DNA of 64,000 bases from Desulfobacteraceae bacterium UBA2156 (GTDB lineage Bacteria > Desulfobacterota > Desulfobacteria > Desulfobacterales > UBA2156). The number at the start of each line of letters is the position of its first letter. Within the stretch, counting starts at the first letter, position 1. Position numbers and translations under genes: made by a program. The DNA lies in contig DCWS01000077.1 of NCBI GenBank assembly GCA_002328165.1, positions 1,624 through 65,623 on the forward strand. The letters run 5' to 3'. The notes beneath the pieces are model-generated. The model was given only the letters and a program-made list of their open reading frames with translations. It ran no database searches and was not told the DNA's origin. Below are positions 63,903 to 64,000 of the stretch, in pieces.

Positions 63903-64000
63903 TACCCGCTTGCGCATATTCCGCTTTGAAACCACATCACACCCTTTTCATTTTCAAAATAATCAACAAATAAATCGCTTGAACATCACCACCAAGTCTG

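Noticed and set aside
1-64000. CRISPR arrays, rRNA genes, intact IS elements or prophage-scale defence islands
   Set aside because: No regularly spaced direct repeats, no rRNA-like segments and no transposase ORFs were found. The only recombinase is the truncated integrase at 53083-53364, and the lone HNH gene (49504-49800) has no recognisable partner genes.

Overview
The window looks like a chromosomal segment from an anaerobic, deltaproteobacterium-like (Desulfobacterota-type) organism. That assignment is an inference from gene content only. The left ~28 kb is an accessory catabolic region, entirely on the + strand. (i) Positions 82-18778 form one tightly packed bacterial-microcompartment (BMC) operon. 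It has seven shell genes: 2 BMC-H, 1 permuted BMC, 1 BMC-P, 1 PduT-like BMC-T and 2 CcmP/CsoS1D-like BMC-T. It also has EutJ- and PduS-like accessory genes and two tandem acylating aldehyde dehydrogenases with encapsulation-peptide-like N-termini. No known BMC signature lyase is present. Instead there is a split glutamate-synthase/N-methylglutamate-synthase-like trio and a multi-subunit flavin/Fe-S C-N dehydrogenase of the HcnABC/OoxAB/D-hydroxyproline-, proline- and sarcosine-dehydrogenase family, plus RidA, an OYE flavoenzyme and an embedded RpiR regulator. (ii) A TRAP transporter lies at 19007-22213. (iii) A decayed spacer holds two gene relics. (iv) A module at 23149-27973 combines a C-N hydrolase, a leaderless reductive-dehalogenase-like protein and a molybdopterin oxidoreductase; a 30-codon relic ORF copies the Mo-enzyme N-terminus and is ATGA-coupled to the rdhA-like gene. 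The remaining ~36 kb is mostly housekeeping: ahcY-metK, an Mbh-ordered Mrp antiporter cluster, mrcA, hisIG, an aminotransferase, engB-era, clpB, cspA, a fabH-like gene, agmatinase, rimO and a polyprenyl synthase. Other items are a tRNA-Val(GAC) with a ~2.4 kb degraded integrated element bounded by a 44-nt tRNA-3'-half direct repeat, a ~150-bp interspersed repeat present twice, and several disrupted genes (acyl-CoA ligase, TPR lipoprotein, pgsA). No rRNA and no CRISPR array were seen. The main candidate for a new system is the BMC operon, read here as a metabolosome built around amine (C-N bond) oxidation.
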